A DNA stretch of 63,932 nt, filler included, from Octopus bimaculoides (lineage: Eukaryota), in NCBI RefSeq assembly GCF_001194135.2. It is 6 parts of 6 records of this genome, joined end to end, with 100 filler letters (N's around TTAATTAATTAA, not from the genome) between each part and the next. Parts side by side here need not be neighbours in the genome. Positions count along the whole stretch, not along the records: positions 16,770 to 39,564 come from NC_068997.1; positions 39,665 to 47,186 come from NC_068991.1; positions 47,287 to 53,225 come from NC_068984.1; 3 more parts are not named here. One strand, given 5' to 3'. Numbering within the stretch: position 1 is the stretch's first letter; the number at the start of each line of letters is the position of its first letter. The notes below the pieces were generated by a model, which was not told where the DNA came from, did not search any database, and saw only the letters and a list, made by a program, of their open reading frames with translations. Made by a program: the position numbers and the translations under genes. Below are positions 36,494-48,621 of the stretch, piece after piece.

Positions 36494-38623
36494 TGTATTC
36501 ACTTATATTTATACATCGTCATTATTTCTATCACCAGTGTATATATATATGTGTGTGTGTATTTGTGTATATATGCGCGTGTATATCTATAAATTTTTAT
36601 ATATACTCTTGTCTTTTTGTTCCTCCCTTTATATATACACACTTACTCTCACACAGTGTACTAACACATATTTCATGATATAGGCCGTTTGTGTCAATAC
36701 ATCATTAATTTCAAGTTTCATTTGTACTTTATGCTAAACAATCATCAGTTGACAAAATCGACCAGTTTTCCGAAATATTAATGGGTTGTCATTCGGCTGA
36801 GTTTCAAGAATTTACATTTTAGGTAAACATAAAATAAAAAAGTGAAATATTATACGACGAAGCCGAAGGACTTAAAAACTATAACTAAGAAGGCGGGGAG
36901 TGGTGATAAAAAACAATTATAGGGAAAGGTGTATGAAAGAATTGAGGGTAAAACTGAAGTGGGAAATATATGTGATCGTTCCAGCTAAACAGTTAAGTAT
37001 TGATCCAGTCACAGTTTCGGTGGTATTTGTCCAAGTGGCGATATTTATTGAAGTCCTCTCATCTAACTAGACAGTTTGCAGACTAATTAATATTATTGAA
37101 TGTGAGTTCTCAGCTATGAATAAACTGTCACTTTTTGCAACATTTACGTGTAGTTTCTCTCACTGCTGTATCTCTTTGTGCTAATGTGATACGTCGTTTA
37201 TTTGGTGGTGAGTTGACAAAGAAGAAACATTAAATCGTCGACAGAAATAATACCTTGCATGCATTTAGTTACTTGTGAGTGTGTGTGTGTGTGTGTGTGT
37301 ATTTGTGTGTATGCGACGCACGCATGCATTTGGGCATATCAATATCTATCTATGAATTTATGCACCACTCTTTCTCTGTCAGTCTTTCTCCCCCCTCTCT
37401 ATATGTACATACAACTATATATTATATATATATACGTACATATGAGTATGTATATATATGTATACATACACACATGCACACACACATCGCACTCACACAC
37501 ATATATATATATATACGTACATACGTATGTATGTACATATGCGCGTATATTATATATATGTGTGTGCATACATCTATATTACATATAAATCTATGTCCAC
37601 ATATTCATATAATATATACACATATATGTATATACATTCGCAGAGGAAGAGTGATAGAGAGAGAGAGAAAGAAGAGGCAGAGAAACTGGGTAGTTATTTA
37701 TAATACATATATGTATCGCTTTGTGTGTGTGGGGGGTGCGTGCGTGTATACATATATGCACAACGAATGAAAAGAGTTTTGTACGAATTGAAACAACACA
37801 GATCTAGCAACAAACATTGCAATTATTATGAAAGTATGAACCTATAAACAACACAATGCGCCTTTTTTAAATTATTCAATATGGCTACCAGCAAATTTTT
37901 TTTTCTTATGATCTCACTCTTACGCCATAGAAGTGAATTGATACCATTTCACAACATGTCGTCAGGAATTTGTACACATATATATCTTGTTTTTGTAAAT
38001 TTTTGTTCGCATGGGATTTTTTAAATGTGAGGGGAATTGAAGAAATATGTTCGACAATGACACACTACAAAATAACATGAACATAAAAACTGAGCCATTT
38101 TCCTCTGCCAGTTTTTTCTCTCTCTCTCTCTCTTGTTACTGCTTTTCGTGTTATTTTGCAAACAACCTCGGTTCTGTTGGCTAGTATTGTTGACACATTG
38201 TTGTTGACACTTTGCAGCTGTTGTTGTTGGTGTTGTAATAACAATAACAATAACACTAATTATTATTATTATTATTTCTGTGTTCCCTATAATTGTATGT
38301 TTTGAAATGTCATCTGGTTTCAGTTTTTCTCTTTTCGTTTTACTCTGTCAACATGGCGTCAGTGAAAACTAAAGACATCGTCTGCATTCAAGTTGAAATT
38401 GGTCGTGTGGTACAACTGCCGAAACATCAATTGTTTTGATGGGTAACAATTAATATACTAACGGTGTAAATGCAATCTGCTTATCTCACCATCAATCACT
38501 TCTATTGCATCATTTCGGTTAGCATCTTCTCTCTTATTTTCTATTTGCTCCTATTGTCTCTCTATTGACTCTCTATTGACTCTCTTTCTCTTTCCCACTT
38601 TCTCTCTATGTTTCCCCCTCTAT

Positions 38624-38685
<62 letters not shown>

Positions 38686-38786
38686 ATATATTTAATATTT
38701 TCTAGCAATGCTTATCTGCGGAAGATAAATTACACGAGAAATAATTGTCTATGGACATATCTATACATCTGGGTTCAGGAGCCCCA

Positions 38787-39047
<261 letters not shown>

Positions 39048-39299
39048 ATGTATATAACGATAGAGTTCGTTTCAATATTCGAATTTAATTAATTCTAATA
39101 ACATTTACATTTCATAAATTTTTTCTCACATTCATATTTATTACCATAATTAAGATATGTAAATGGATATTCCACTTATTACATTTCCTGTTACGGTTAC
39201 TAAGTATTTATTATACACCCCTGTTACCATCATCAGATATATATGACATCATAAGATTATTACAACATCACCATTAACGCTTGGCTTCTTTCAGATAAG

Positions 39300-39560
39300 A
39301 GTAATAATTCTGCAACTAGTCTCTGGATGCTTGCTTTGGTGAGTGGAGGTGTTTATCTCCCCTGTTTGAAAACTTAAGGACACAGAACACTTGTGTCACA
39401 TAGACAACTGGAAACGATGTTTCCTGAAGCCAAATAGCAGTAGCATTCTTCCTTTTCCTGGGACTGCCACATTAAATTGGCAACAAACCACCACTTTATC
39501 GTGCTGTTACTGTACAACTCTCTCTGAGAGATTTAGAAATGCAATATTTCTAATTTTATA
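39300..39560 (+). mobile_element. Decayed copy of the 15.4-15.7 kb retrozyme-like unit (permuted, hammerhead not recognisable)
   Basis: gtggaggtgtttatctccc..ggacacag..ttgtgtca; agcagtag..tgggactgccacattaa; ctctctgagagatttagaaat. Confidence 0.55.
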
Positions 39561-39664
39561 TATANNNNNNNNNNNNNNNNNNNNNNNNNNNNNNNNNNNN
39601 NNNNNNNNTTAATTAATTAANNNNNNNNNNNNNNNNNNNNNNNNNNNNNNNNNNNNNNNNNNNN

Positions 39665-39699
<35 letters not shown>

Positions 39700-39704
<5 letters not shown>

Positions 39705-39870
39705 TATATACGACAGGCTTCTTTCAGTTTCCGTCTACCAAATCCACTCACAAGGCTTTGGTTGGCCTGAAGCTATAGTAGAAGACACTTACCCAAGGTG
39801 CCACGCAGTGGGACTGAACCCGGAACCATGTGGTTGGTAAGCAAGTTACTCACCACACAGCCACTCCTGT
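39700..39870 (-). mobile_element. SINE family 1, 5' half
   Basis: ggcttctttcagtttccgtctacc...gggactgaacccggaaccatgtggttggtaagcaagttact caccacacagccactcc. Confidence 0.92.
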
Positions 39871-40089
39871 GCCTATACTTACTCCACAACCACTTCTACA
39901 CCTATGCACCTATGTGTATGTATATATTTCAATTTTGGGGGATGAATCAATATGCAGGTATTCCTTTTCAGATAATACAAAGAATAACCTAATGAGTATA
40001 TCTGAAAGTAAACTCATGGCATCAGTTTGCACATCACGAAATAATACTTAAAGGATATAATCAAAATTATATGGAAGGTCATTTGCGGA

Positions 40090-41930
40090 AGATCAAGGCA
40101 GGGGACCTATTGTTGCAGTCATGGTGAGTCACACAGATACGATAGAATGTACTTTCTTTCATGTGGACATGGATTAAACACCTCACTCCTGCTATTGAGG
40201 TAAACATTCAGGTGTTGGGTACCTTTTAAAATCGCTCTCTTCTCAGTCAGGCATAATCTGCACTTCCTGCTACTGTTGAAGTATGGCTTGCATCTTCCTA
40301 TGATCTTCCACTTTATACTGTACTCCATGGTGTTTTCTTTCAAAGCCCAGATGTGCTTGGCTAGGGTTGTGGCGTTATGTCTCTCTGGGATGTTGAATGA
40401 GGATTTGTGGGTATTAAAGCAGGTTCTGAAGGGGCCTTCTATTGCTCCCACAATGGACTTACTCTGGTCCTAATGTTTAAAGAGAATGGCAGTGTGAACC
40501 ACTGTACTTTCCAGTGGCACTTTCTCTTGGTCGGGCTAGGGTCTGGCATGTAACTAATACTATCCTTGAAACTGCTGGCAGCCAGAGCCCAGTTGTAATA
40601 CAGGGCAGCAGCATCAAAGATTTCTTTGATTGAAGACAAGCTGGAAATTCTCCTGCTGATACCCTTAACCAGATCCCTGAACACTATGGCTGGATGGCTG
40701 GAACTTGTGTTAATTTAAGACAACTTATTTGGTTTCCTAAAGGGCCTATAGACACCTGATTCCAGGTCCATGGTCATGTCAAGGAAATTTACTGTTTTCA
40801 AGTGACCTTCAGTCTGAGGGAGTTCATGGTACTCGTGAGGTCCTTTCTGAGCCTATCTAGCATGTGGCTGTTAGGTCATCTTGATATTACCAGTGTGTCG
40901 TTTCTGTATAGGCCAAAGCTAGTTGAAGGAAATTTCTTTTTAAGAGTGTATAGGATGAAGAGACCGACTAGGTCACATACGTCCACACTGTCAAAGCACC
41001 CATTACCATGTTGAATGAGCCCTCTGAGTCAGTGCATTTAGTCCAAAAAGACTCCTTACTGAAGAGCAGGGTTCTTCTGGCGTACATGATAATGTGTATG
41101 CCATAGTCGTTGATTTCGGTATGGGCCTTAGTAAAGTCCAGTGCCTTTAACAGGAGCTCCCTTGATATAGATGGGTAGAAGTTCACTATATCAAATTGGG
41201 TAAATGTAGCTCTACCTCTTCCGCTGTTGGCCTGAAACCATGTAATGTCTTCATTGGTGTTGTGCCATATGGTGAGGTCAGAAGCGTTTCTAACACCATT
41301 ACAGATCTTCCTGATGAGCTGTTTGCTCCTCTGACCAATCTCAGACTTCACTGGGTTTATCAGCCTGCGTTTAGGGTTAGAGGCAAAGTTAGGCTTATGA
41401 TCCTTGATTGTTATGAAGCCCTCTTTCTTCGCCAGAATCTCTAACCTATCTTCTATACCTAGTTTAAAAGCTATGTCTCTGGCCTTCTGGTTAATACTAT
41501 TATACATGTGGGTGATGACCCTCCTGTACGTTTGTGTGATGCTGTTGTGAAGGAGCTGTGCATGTGTGTCACTATATATAATTTTTTTGTTTCGTAGGAG
41601 AAGAGAATGGTCCTATCAGAAGATTTAAGCTTGCAGGTGTCTGCTCTAAGTTTACTTTGGAAAGGATTTGAGGACTTACTGAATTTCAGACGGGGTATTT
41701 TATTCAGCAGGTCATTTCAAAGGCTTCTAGTTCCTTGATCTTGGGTGGGAACTTCCTGGATTTAAACCCAAAATGTTCGGGTTTCCATTGGTGGTTTGGG
41801 CTGGTTAAAGAAAAAAGCATCCCATCTCATCCGCCTGATCAATTCGATTATTTTCTCTAGCAGCAGCCTTGTGTCAGGTTTGTTCAGTGGTGTAGGGATA
41901 TTTTTTGTTGTTTATCCCAGGCCGTAATAT
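40090..41930 (-). mobile_element. Penelope-like element (RT + GIY-YIG), near full-length, decayed
   Basis: Minus strand: KNIPTP...RRMRWDAFFF, FGFKSRK; RLINPVKSEIG; FTQFDIVNFYPSI; GLYRNDTL (YRDD mutated); GIY-YIG module GAIEGPFRTCFNTHKSSF...LAKHIW...CRLCLTEK...LNSRSEVFNPCPH. Confidence 0.92.
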
Positions 41931-42395
41931 TCCAAATCCATTTGTAAAGGATGTATAAATAATATTACAATCATTGGTTACTATGTAAGGCGCAATGCTG
42001 GTAATCGTAGCTATATGGCACAAGTCACAAAGGACTTCTTGCAATACACTCTACGTTTTACTGGCAGCGCATGTGTGCTTGAGTTATTTAGTGTTGTTGC
42101 TGCATTGATTAGCTAACCGCTTAATTCTATTCCTTCAATATGAATGCAACATTCAAAATACTGCCAAAGTATTGCTTGGGTTTACCTGAAATTATACCTA
42201 AGGGCCTATACCCTCATGGAAATAGAGACCAACCTCCATACTCTCTGGAAGAAGATGAACCGTGAACTTTATTCTCCTCTCTATATTCTTCTATCTACTG
42301 CTTTACTCTTTATTCTTTTATCTACTGTTTTATTCATTATTTTATTTCTTATAGACTGTGAATTTTCCAGTCTAGAACTATCATATACTCATCTT

Positions 42396-42449
42396 GTCTC
42401 TGATGATGGAATACCCATGGTAGCCTATCACTTGAAACAGATGTAAGAC
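42396..42449 (+). ncRNA. Decayed type I hammerhead motif (PLE-type)
   Basis: gtct/agac stem I, CTGATGA 42400-06, GAAAC 42434-38, aca/tgt stem III, GTA triplet 42443-45; stem II poorly paired. Confidence 0.5.
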
Positions 42450-43569
42450 TTCAAATTCATCTTACCCTAATTAAATATTCTAAATTACTTGACATGCCTG
42501 TCCTGCCTTGGTTTTTACTGTCCTTTTCCCTCTAATCTAACATAATAAATGCACAAACTAATTTCTGTGTGTCAGTGTGTCACACTTAGACCCCATTCCC
42601 TCACTATTCAATGACACTCTTACTATTCCTCATGATGGGGTGAAAGGAATAGTAGGCATAGAGATGGTGAGAGTGGTGGCGAAGACAGAGAGAGAGAGAG
42701 AGAGAGATAAAGAGAAAGAAAAAGAGAGGGAGAGTAAGAGAAACAAAGAAATTTAGGGAGAGTTGATGATGTTTTTATTAAAAGTAGTAGTGTTGATGGT
42801 GGCAGTAGGAGTAATAATAAGAGAGAGAGAAAGAGGGACTGCACACTAAAATAACATGCTGAATAACAATACTGAACAAACAAACACATTTAGTTTTTTT
42901 GTGATGGTAATGTGGTGATAGTAATAGTATGAGCTATAGTTGTGAAAGAGGCGGAGGCGGTGGTGATGATGGTGGGGGGGTCAAGGATGATATAAGAGAA
43001 AGCGATGTGAAAGACAGTGATGATGGTGTTGGAGAAGGCAGAAAAGTCAAAGGTATTGATGGTGGTGGCATCAAAAGTCTGAACGGTGTGTGTATGGCAG
43101 TTGCGGTGGAGATGGTGGTGGTACTGCTGATGGTGAAGGTTGAAAACAATCAACAGAAAAAGAAAGAGAGAAAGAGGTTTGATAGAAAAAAAATTGTACT
43201 GACTCCCAAATGGGAAGACATAAAAATGTTGCTTATCATGTAGCTTTGCAATAAGTTATAAGTCAACAAATTATATCTTTGTTTTGATGAAAATTGTTCA
43301 TTGCTTGGAAAATGTTGGTCAAGTTTAATAAAATTTAACATGTACTCAGTGCATGAAGTATCATTGTTGGGCCCAAAGCTTAATGAAGAGCCTTCTACAG
43401 GAGATGGCTTAAAAGGCGCCTGATAGAGTGGCTTTTAAGCTAGTATAATATATATCTGCTGACTCGGAAGCCTAATATGGATCCCTAGCTCCAGCTTCAG
43501 CCATGAACTTGGAACTTGACAGATGACCACTTACTAAGCATACCTATTCGTTTAAATCACCGGTGTGTG

Positions 43570-44060
43570 TGTGATCATCATCACCATTTAACATCTGTTG
43601 TCCATGCTGGCATGAGTTGAATGGTTTGACCAGGGCTGGCAAGCTGGAAGGCTGCACAAGACTCCAGTCTAATTTGGCATGGTTTTTATACCTGGATGCC
43701 CTTCCTAACACCAACTACTCCACTGGCATGAGTTCCATTTGCATGACACTGGTATCTGCTACGACTGCAATTTTACTTGGTTTGATGGGTTTTCTTCTCA
43801 AGCACAACATAATGCCAAAGGTCTCGGTCATTGCCCAACACTCGAGAGGAGCTTTTCACATGCCACCAGCATCAGCCACTTTGCCTCTGTGAGATCCAAC
43901 ACTCAAAAGGTGCTTTTTATATGCCACTGGCATAGGTGCCAGTTACATGACACCAGTATCAGCCACAACTATGATTTCACTTGGCTTGATGGGTCTTCTC
44001 ACGAACAGCATAACACCAAAGATCTCAGTCATTAGTCATTGCCTATGTGAGGCCCAAAAT
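43570..44060 (-). mobile_element. Interspersed retroposon (RTE-tail-like 3' end) with internal ~205 bp duplication
   Basis: catcatcaccatttaacatctg..tccatgctggcatg...ctggatgcccttcctaacaccaac shares its 3' domain with 54470-54715(+); duplicated blocks at 43742-43832 and 43947-44035. Confidence 0.65.
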
Positions 44061-44407
44061 TCGAAGATCATGCTTCCCCCAATTATCCTTCTTGGGTCTA
44101 CCTCTATCACAGGTTCCCTCCACAGTTAGAGATTGACACTTCTTTACACAGCTGTCTTCATCCATCCATGGACTAAATTTTTACATGCTAGGCCACTGGT
44201 AGTATAAATTTCTAATATTTCTAATTACCCTTGATATTATTGTTAATTATTGATAATTTTTTCTGGATAATTTTCGAATTTAAATGCCGGCATTTTTATT
44301 TACTGCCGACAAGGAGCTGCGCTTGCACAGTAGATTTGGAAAATTAGAATGGATAAGTATGGAGCATACACTGGATTACATCATGTATATATGTTGGATT
44401 TGCGTGT

Positions 44408-44479
44408 ATCTGCTGATGAAGACTTCGCCTGGCAAATTATTTTATTTGCTAAATAAGTCAGAAACCATTGGTCCAGGAT
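44408..44479 (+). ncRNA. Type I hammerhead ribozyme motif with extended stem II
   Basis: Stem I atctg/caggat. Core CTGATGA 44413-19, stem II gactt/aagtc capped by tggcaaat/atttgcta, GAAAC 44461-65, stem III acc/ggt with loop att, GTC triplet 44471-73. Confidence 0.72.
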
Positions 44480-44754
44480 CTAGAAGGTAAATGGTTTTAT
44501 TTTTCATTCCTTTCGAAATTTCATCCATAATNNNNNNNNNNNNNNNNNNNNNNNNNNNNNNNNNNNNNNNNNNNNNNNNNNNNNNNNNNNNNNNNNNNNN
44601 NNNNNNNNNNNNNNNNNNNNNNNNNNNNNNNNNNNNNNNNNNNNNNNNNNNNNNNNNAAATAAGAAGATGATATTTTTCAAATGCAGAGTTGCTGTTATG
44701 ACAACAGAAATACTGGGTAAATTACCCTTACAAAGAGAACCAATTTGTCAACAA

Positions 44755-44825
44755 CCAGCCATGGGACTCGAACCCATATCCCTCAAAGACTCTGGCTGAG
44801 TGCTTTATCATTAAGCTAGACTGTC
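44755..44825 (-). pseudogene. tRNA-like remnant (tRNA pseudogene or SINE head)
   Basis: Minus strand tagcttaatgat...gggttcgagtccc; no clean anticodon arm. Confidence 0.4.
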
Positions 44826-44875
44826 TGCTGACAAATTCATCTGCCAAATTAGATGCTAAATACTTTAGCTTTATA

Positions 44876-44996
44876 CAGGGTGTCCACAAAGTCTAGGTAC
44901 ATGGGGATTAACACATACTTTTAAAACAAAACAATTTTATTTAATTTCTTATATTTGTTTATTTACTCTGTGTACCCAGACTTTGTGGACACCCTG
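44876..44996. mobile_element. 121-bp MITE with ~27-bp TIRs and TA flanks
   Basis: TA-cagggtgtccacaaagtctaggtaca ... tgtacccagactttgtggacaccctg-TA. Confidence 0.92.
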
Positions 44997-45099
44997 TAGA
45001 AAAACCATGTATGCATAAATGTATAAATATAATTTTCTTATTTGTATCATACAATGCACATTTTGACATTTCTAATAGAAAAACAAATTTTTGATGCTG

Positions 45100-46075
45100 T
45101 ACCAGGCAGTGCTCCTCATGGCTTCTCATATTAACTGATTGGAAGTGTTATCATGTACATTGTTTTGTCTTGGTATANNNNNNNNNNGGGCATCATGGCC
45201 ATGTGTTGAGAGGAATACTTTGAGGTTTGTATAATTCACCTCTGGAAACATAGGTGTTTCATTCATCGTCCTTAAACAAACCTTATTCAGGGACCTTTTT
45301 AAGTGAGATGGGCTACTTGACCTGAAGAAAGTTCTAACAGGATCCCACCTGCAAGGTCATGCAATTTTTGATATGAGATGACCATTTCATGCACAAATGG
45401 TTGAGATGCATGTGCCTGGTGTATCCTTATCAGACAGTAGTCATGATGGATATATTGGGCTTCATATATTTGTACCCCAGTGTCACTTTGATGGCATGCA
45501 TTGCTCTCTCACTCAATAATAATAATTTGAATAATAAACCAGGCAGTGGCTTTGATGGTTTCTGATCTTAATTGATTGGAAGTGTTATCATGTACATTGT
45601 TTTGTCTTGGTATAAAAAGATGGGCTACAGCAAATATTCTGCTTAATACCACAGATTTGCTTGTCAGTTGTTTGGCCTTAAACAGTTGAGCATGTTCCTT
45701 GGTGGCTGACGATATGTGCATCTCTGATCACGTGCAGAAGTAATGGGGGGAGCATCATAGCCGTGTGTTGAGAGGAATTCTTTGGGGTTTAAATAATTCA
45801 CCTTTGGAAACATGGGTGTTTTGCTCAACACCCTTAAACAAACCTTATTCAGGGACCTTTTGAGCAGGATGGGATACTCGACCTGAAGAAAATTCTAACT
45901 GGGTCCCACCTGCAAGGTCATGCACTTTTCGATATGAGATCACCATGTCATGCACAAATGGTTGAGATGCATGTGCCTGGTGTATCTTTATCAGACATTA
46001 GTCATGATGGATATATTGGGCTTCATATATTTGTACCCCAGTGTCACTTTGGTGGCATGCATTGCTCTCTCACTC
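45100..46075 (+). mobile_element. Two tandem family A copies separated and followed by TAA tracts
   Basis: 45100-45520 (small gap, internal deletion) and 45540-46075; both end ctctctcactcaataat. Confidence 0.85.
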
Positions 46076-46079
46076 AATA

Positions 46080-46116
<37 letters not shown>

Positions 46117-46121
46117 TAATA

Positions 46122-46153
<32 letters not shown>

Positions 46154-48621
46154 ATATATTTATAGGAAGTTAATTGTATGGCTGGTCACAGAGTGACCGA
46201 TGCTTTTGCCTCCAAAAACCGCTTGATGAAGAAGGAGGAGGAGGGGAGGAAGAGGAGGAGGAAAATATACAAGAGAAAGAGGATTAGGATAGATAGACAG
46301 GCAGACAGACAGACGGACACAGATAGATAGATAGATAGATATACATGTATATATTTATATCTGATTGGTGGGGGGGGGGTCTCTGTATCTACAGTTTTCA
46401 TCTTTTTGAAAATTTAATAAAATTATTCTTATAAGGATGTTGAAATTCAACTGATCTGGTGTACCAGTAGCTTTGTGGCTAAACAATAGCCATAAATCTT
46501 TCATAAACAACAATCAAAAAGCCATCATGGTAATCTCAAATTTTAACCAAAATGCATGCTTAGAATTATAATGACCAGTGTTGGTCATTTGTTTACCCAT
46601 TTACAAGTTCAAAACCCACGTCCAGTACTGTCCACATATCTGGGACAGAGTGGATCTTGCAAACACAGACACACATTATATTATTGTTTACATAATTTTG
46701 CGACAGTGCTACTGTTACTCCTGTACACCCACACACAGATACACGTTCACACATACACACACATATACACACACGTGTAAGAGCACACACATTAATGGGA
46801 CAATGTGACTGTTACACATACACATTCATCACCCATACACAGACACATATTGACACATACACATATACATACACATATACTCACACACTCATGCGCAAAA
46901 GTAATGAGGAACATCTTTATGCGATAATAATCAAACCTGCTTCAAATCTCACACAGACATTCTATAAAAGGATGGACTCCTTGGATAATGTTTTTATGTA
47001 TATACTGTGTAGTATGAAAAGTAAAGAAGAATTAGTCATGATCAGAAAGCCTTTAACCGCATATCTAATTGATCAGAGTTAAACATATTAAGCTCATAAA
47101 ACGAAAAAGCCACATGATTGATTAACAAAACCTACCAAACCACAACAATCACTGGTTTCCAAGCATAAAGTTCTCTCTCTCTCTCTNNNNNNNNNNNNNN
47201 NNNNNNNNNNNNNNNNNNNNNNNNNNNNNNTTAATTAATTAANNNNNNNNNNNNNNNNNNNNNNNNNNNNNNNNNNNNNNNNNNNNACACATTGTGATAA
47301 TATACGGTAAAACTATATAACCGGAGGAGAGCTTACTCTACAAGTAGAGAAGTGGGTAAATATAAATAGATCTCGTAACGATACCAGCTACCAAATGGTT
47401 TCACGGCGAACTGGGGCCCCAAGTGACCTTTGTAATGTCATTGGGGAGAATCCTGAGCCGATTATCGAGGTCTATTTATATTTATATATATATCGTATAT
47501 TCATAAAAGAGGGCAAATTTAGCCATTTCTCCGTAGATTGAAAAAAAAAGATGAACAACTTTAATCGATTTCCGAACATTATTGGGTTCTCATCAGAGGC
47601 GTAGTGGTTCAAACAAGAAAAATAGAACTTATGTTGAGTCAGTCTCAATAAGTATAGATTTATTCATCAGAGAAAGTCACATAGTGACTGAAGGTTCGAG
47701 AGTTTCGTGCAGAGGCACTTATCAAACTAATTAAATCGACGTTTTCTATATAAAACGAAAAAGCAGGACACTATCGGAAACAAATATGACGCAGATACTA
47801 TTTTATATATAGGCAGGAAGACTTTTGGTTAATAATATGACAGAATTAAGGCAAGATAAAAAAATTAAAGTCGTCTATATATAAGGTATTCTGCCTAAAC
47901 TACGTCTTTAAGATATGATTTGTTAGTAGTAACGCTAAAAGGAAACTATTTCCTAAGGAACTCAAAAGAAGGATAAAAAGAGCAGATAGAGAGGAATAAA
48001 GACAAAAAGGAAAGACAAGATTGAATGAAAAGGTGAATCAAGACTAAAGTTGGAGTTGAAAAAAAGGCATTTACCCAGGTAGTGGTCAAGCAAATAATGG
48101 TCGTTTTGTATTGAAAGAATTCTGAAGGGGCTTCATTTTTAGACTGGGGTCAAACGGTCGAATCTATTCAACCATATTTTAAGTCTTTAGCAACACCAAT
48201 TACAAAGAATTTGGGAGTGGTACTAAAAGATGGAGAGAAGTATTGACAGGCAGAAACTGGGTGGGAGTTGTCTTCAATAATTCAAGTAATGCTATATATT
48301 CAAAATTAACCATAAATGCTGGTTTTGTTGTTGTTATTGTTGCTGCTACTGTTGTTATTGTCACTTACTTTTTTGAAGCTACTTGCCTTCAGAACTCCCT
48401 AGGGAATTTTATGCTAGCTTCATCACTTTTATTTATATATATATTTATTTTTTTTCTTTGTTTTGAAACGAGATCGAACTTCAGCATTTTATTCCGATGG
48501 ATTTTAGACACTTTTTTTCTGCAACTGGTAAGATTATGTAGGGGTGCAAATTTTGATCTTGCACCCCCTGAAGATTCTAGGGGGTGCAGGTGCACCCGCA
48601 TCACCCCGTGTTCCCGGGCCC

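Noticed and set aside
37015-37080. Minus-strand hammerhead-like relic (TAGATGA...GAAAC)
   Set aside because: Core mutated and no valid NUH triplet
37935-37970. Minus-strand CTGACGA-catgttgt-GAAA-tggt-ATC
   Set aside because: Stems I and II do not pair; likely chance
39170-39245. Minus-strand CTGATGA...GAAA-t-GTA-ata
   Set aside because: Stem II unpaired and stem III missing
47561-47600. Minus-strand CTGATGA-gaac/gttc-g-GAAA-tcg-ATT motif, plus a second CTGATGA near 47665
   Set aside because: Extra G before GAAA and only 1 bp of stem I; the second motif has GAGAC. At best decayed PLE relics.
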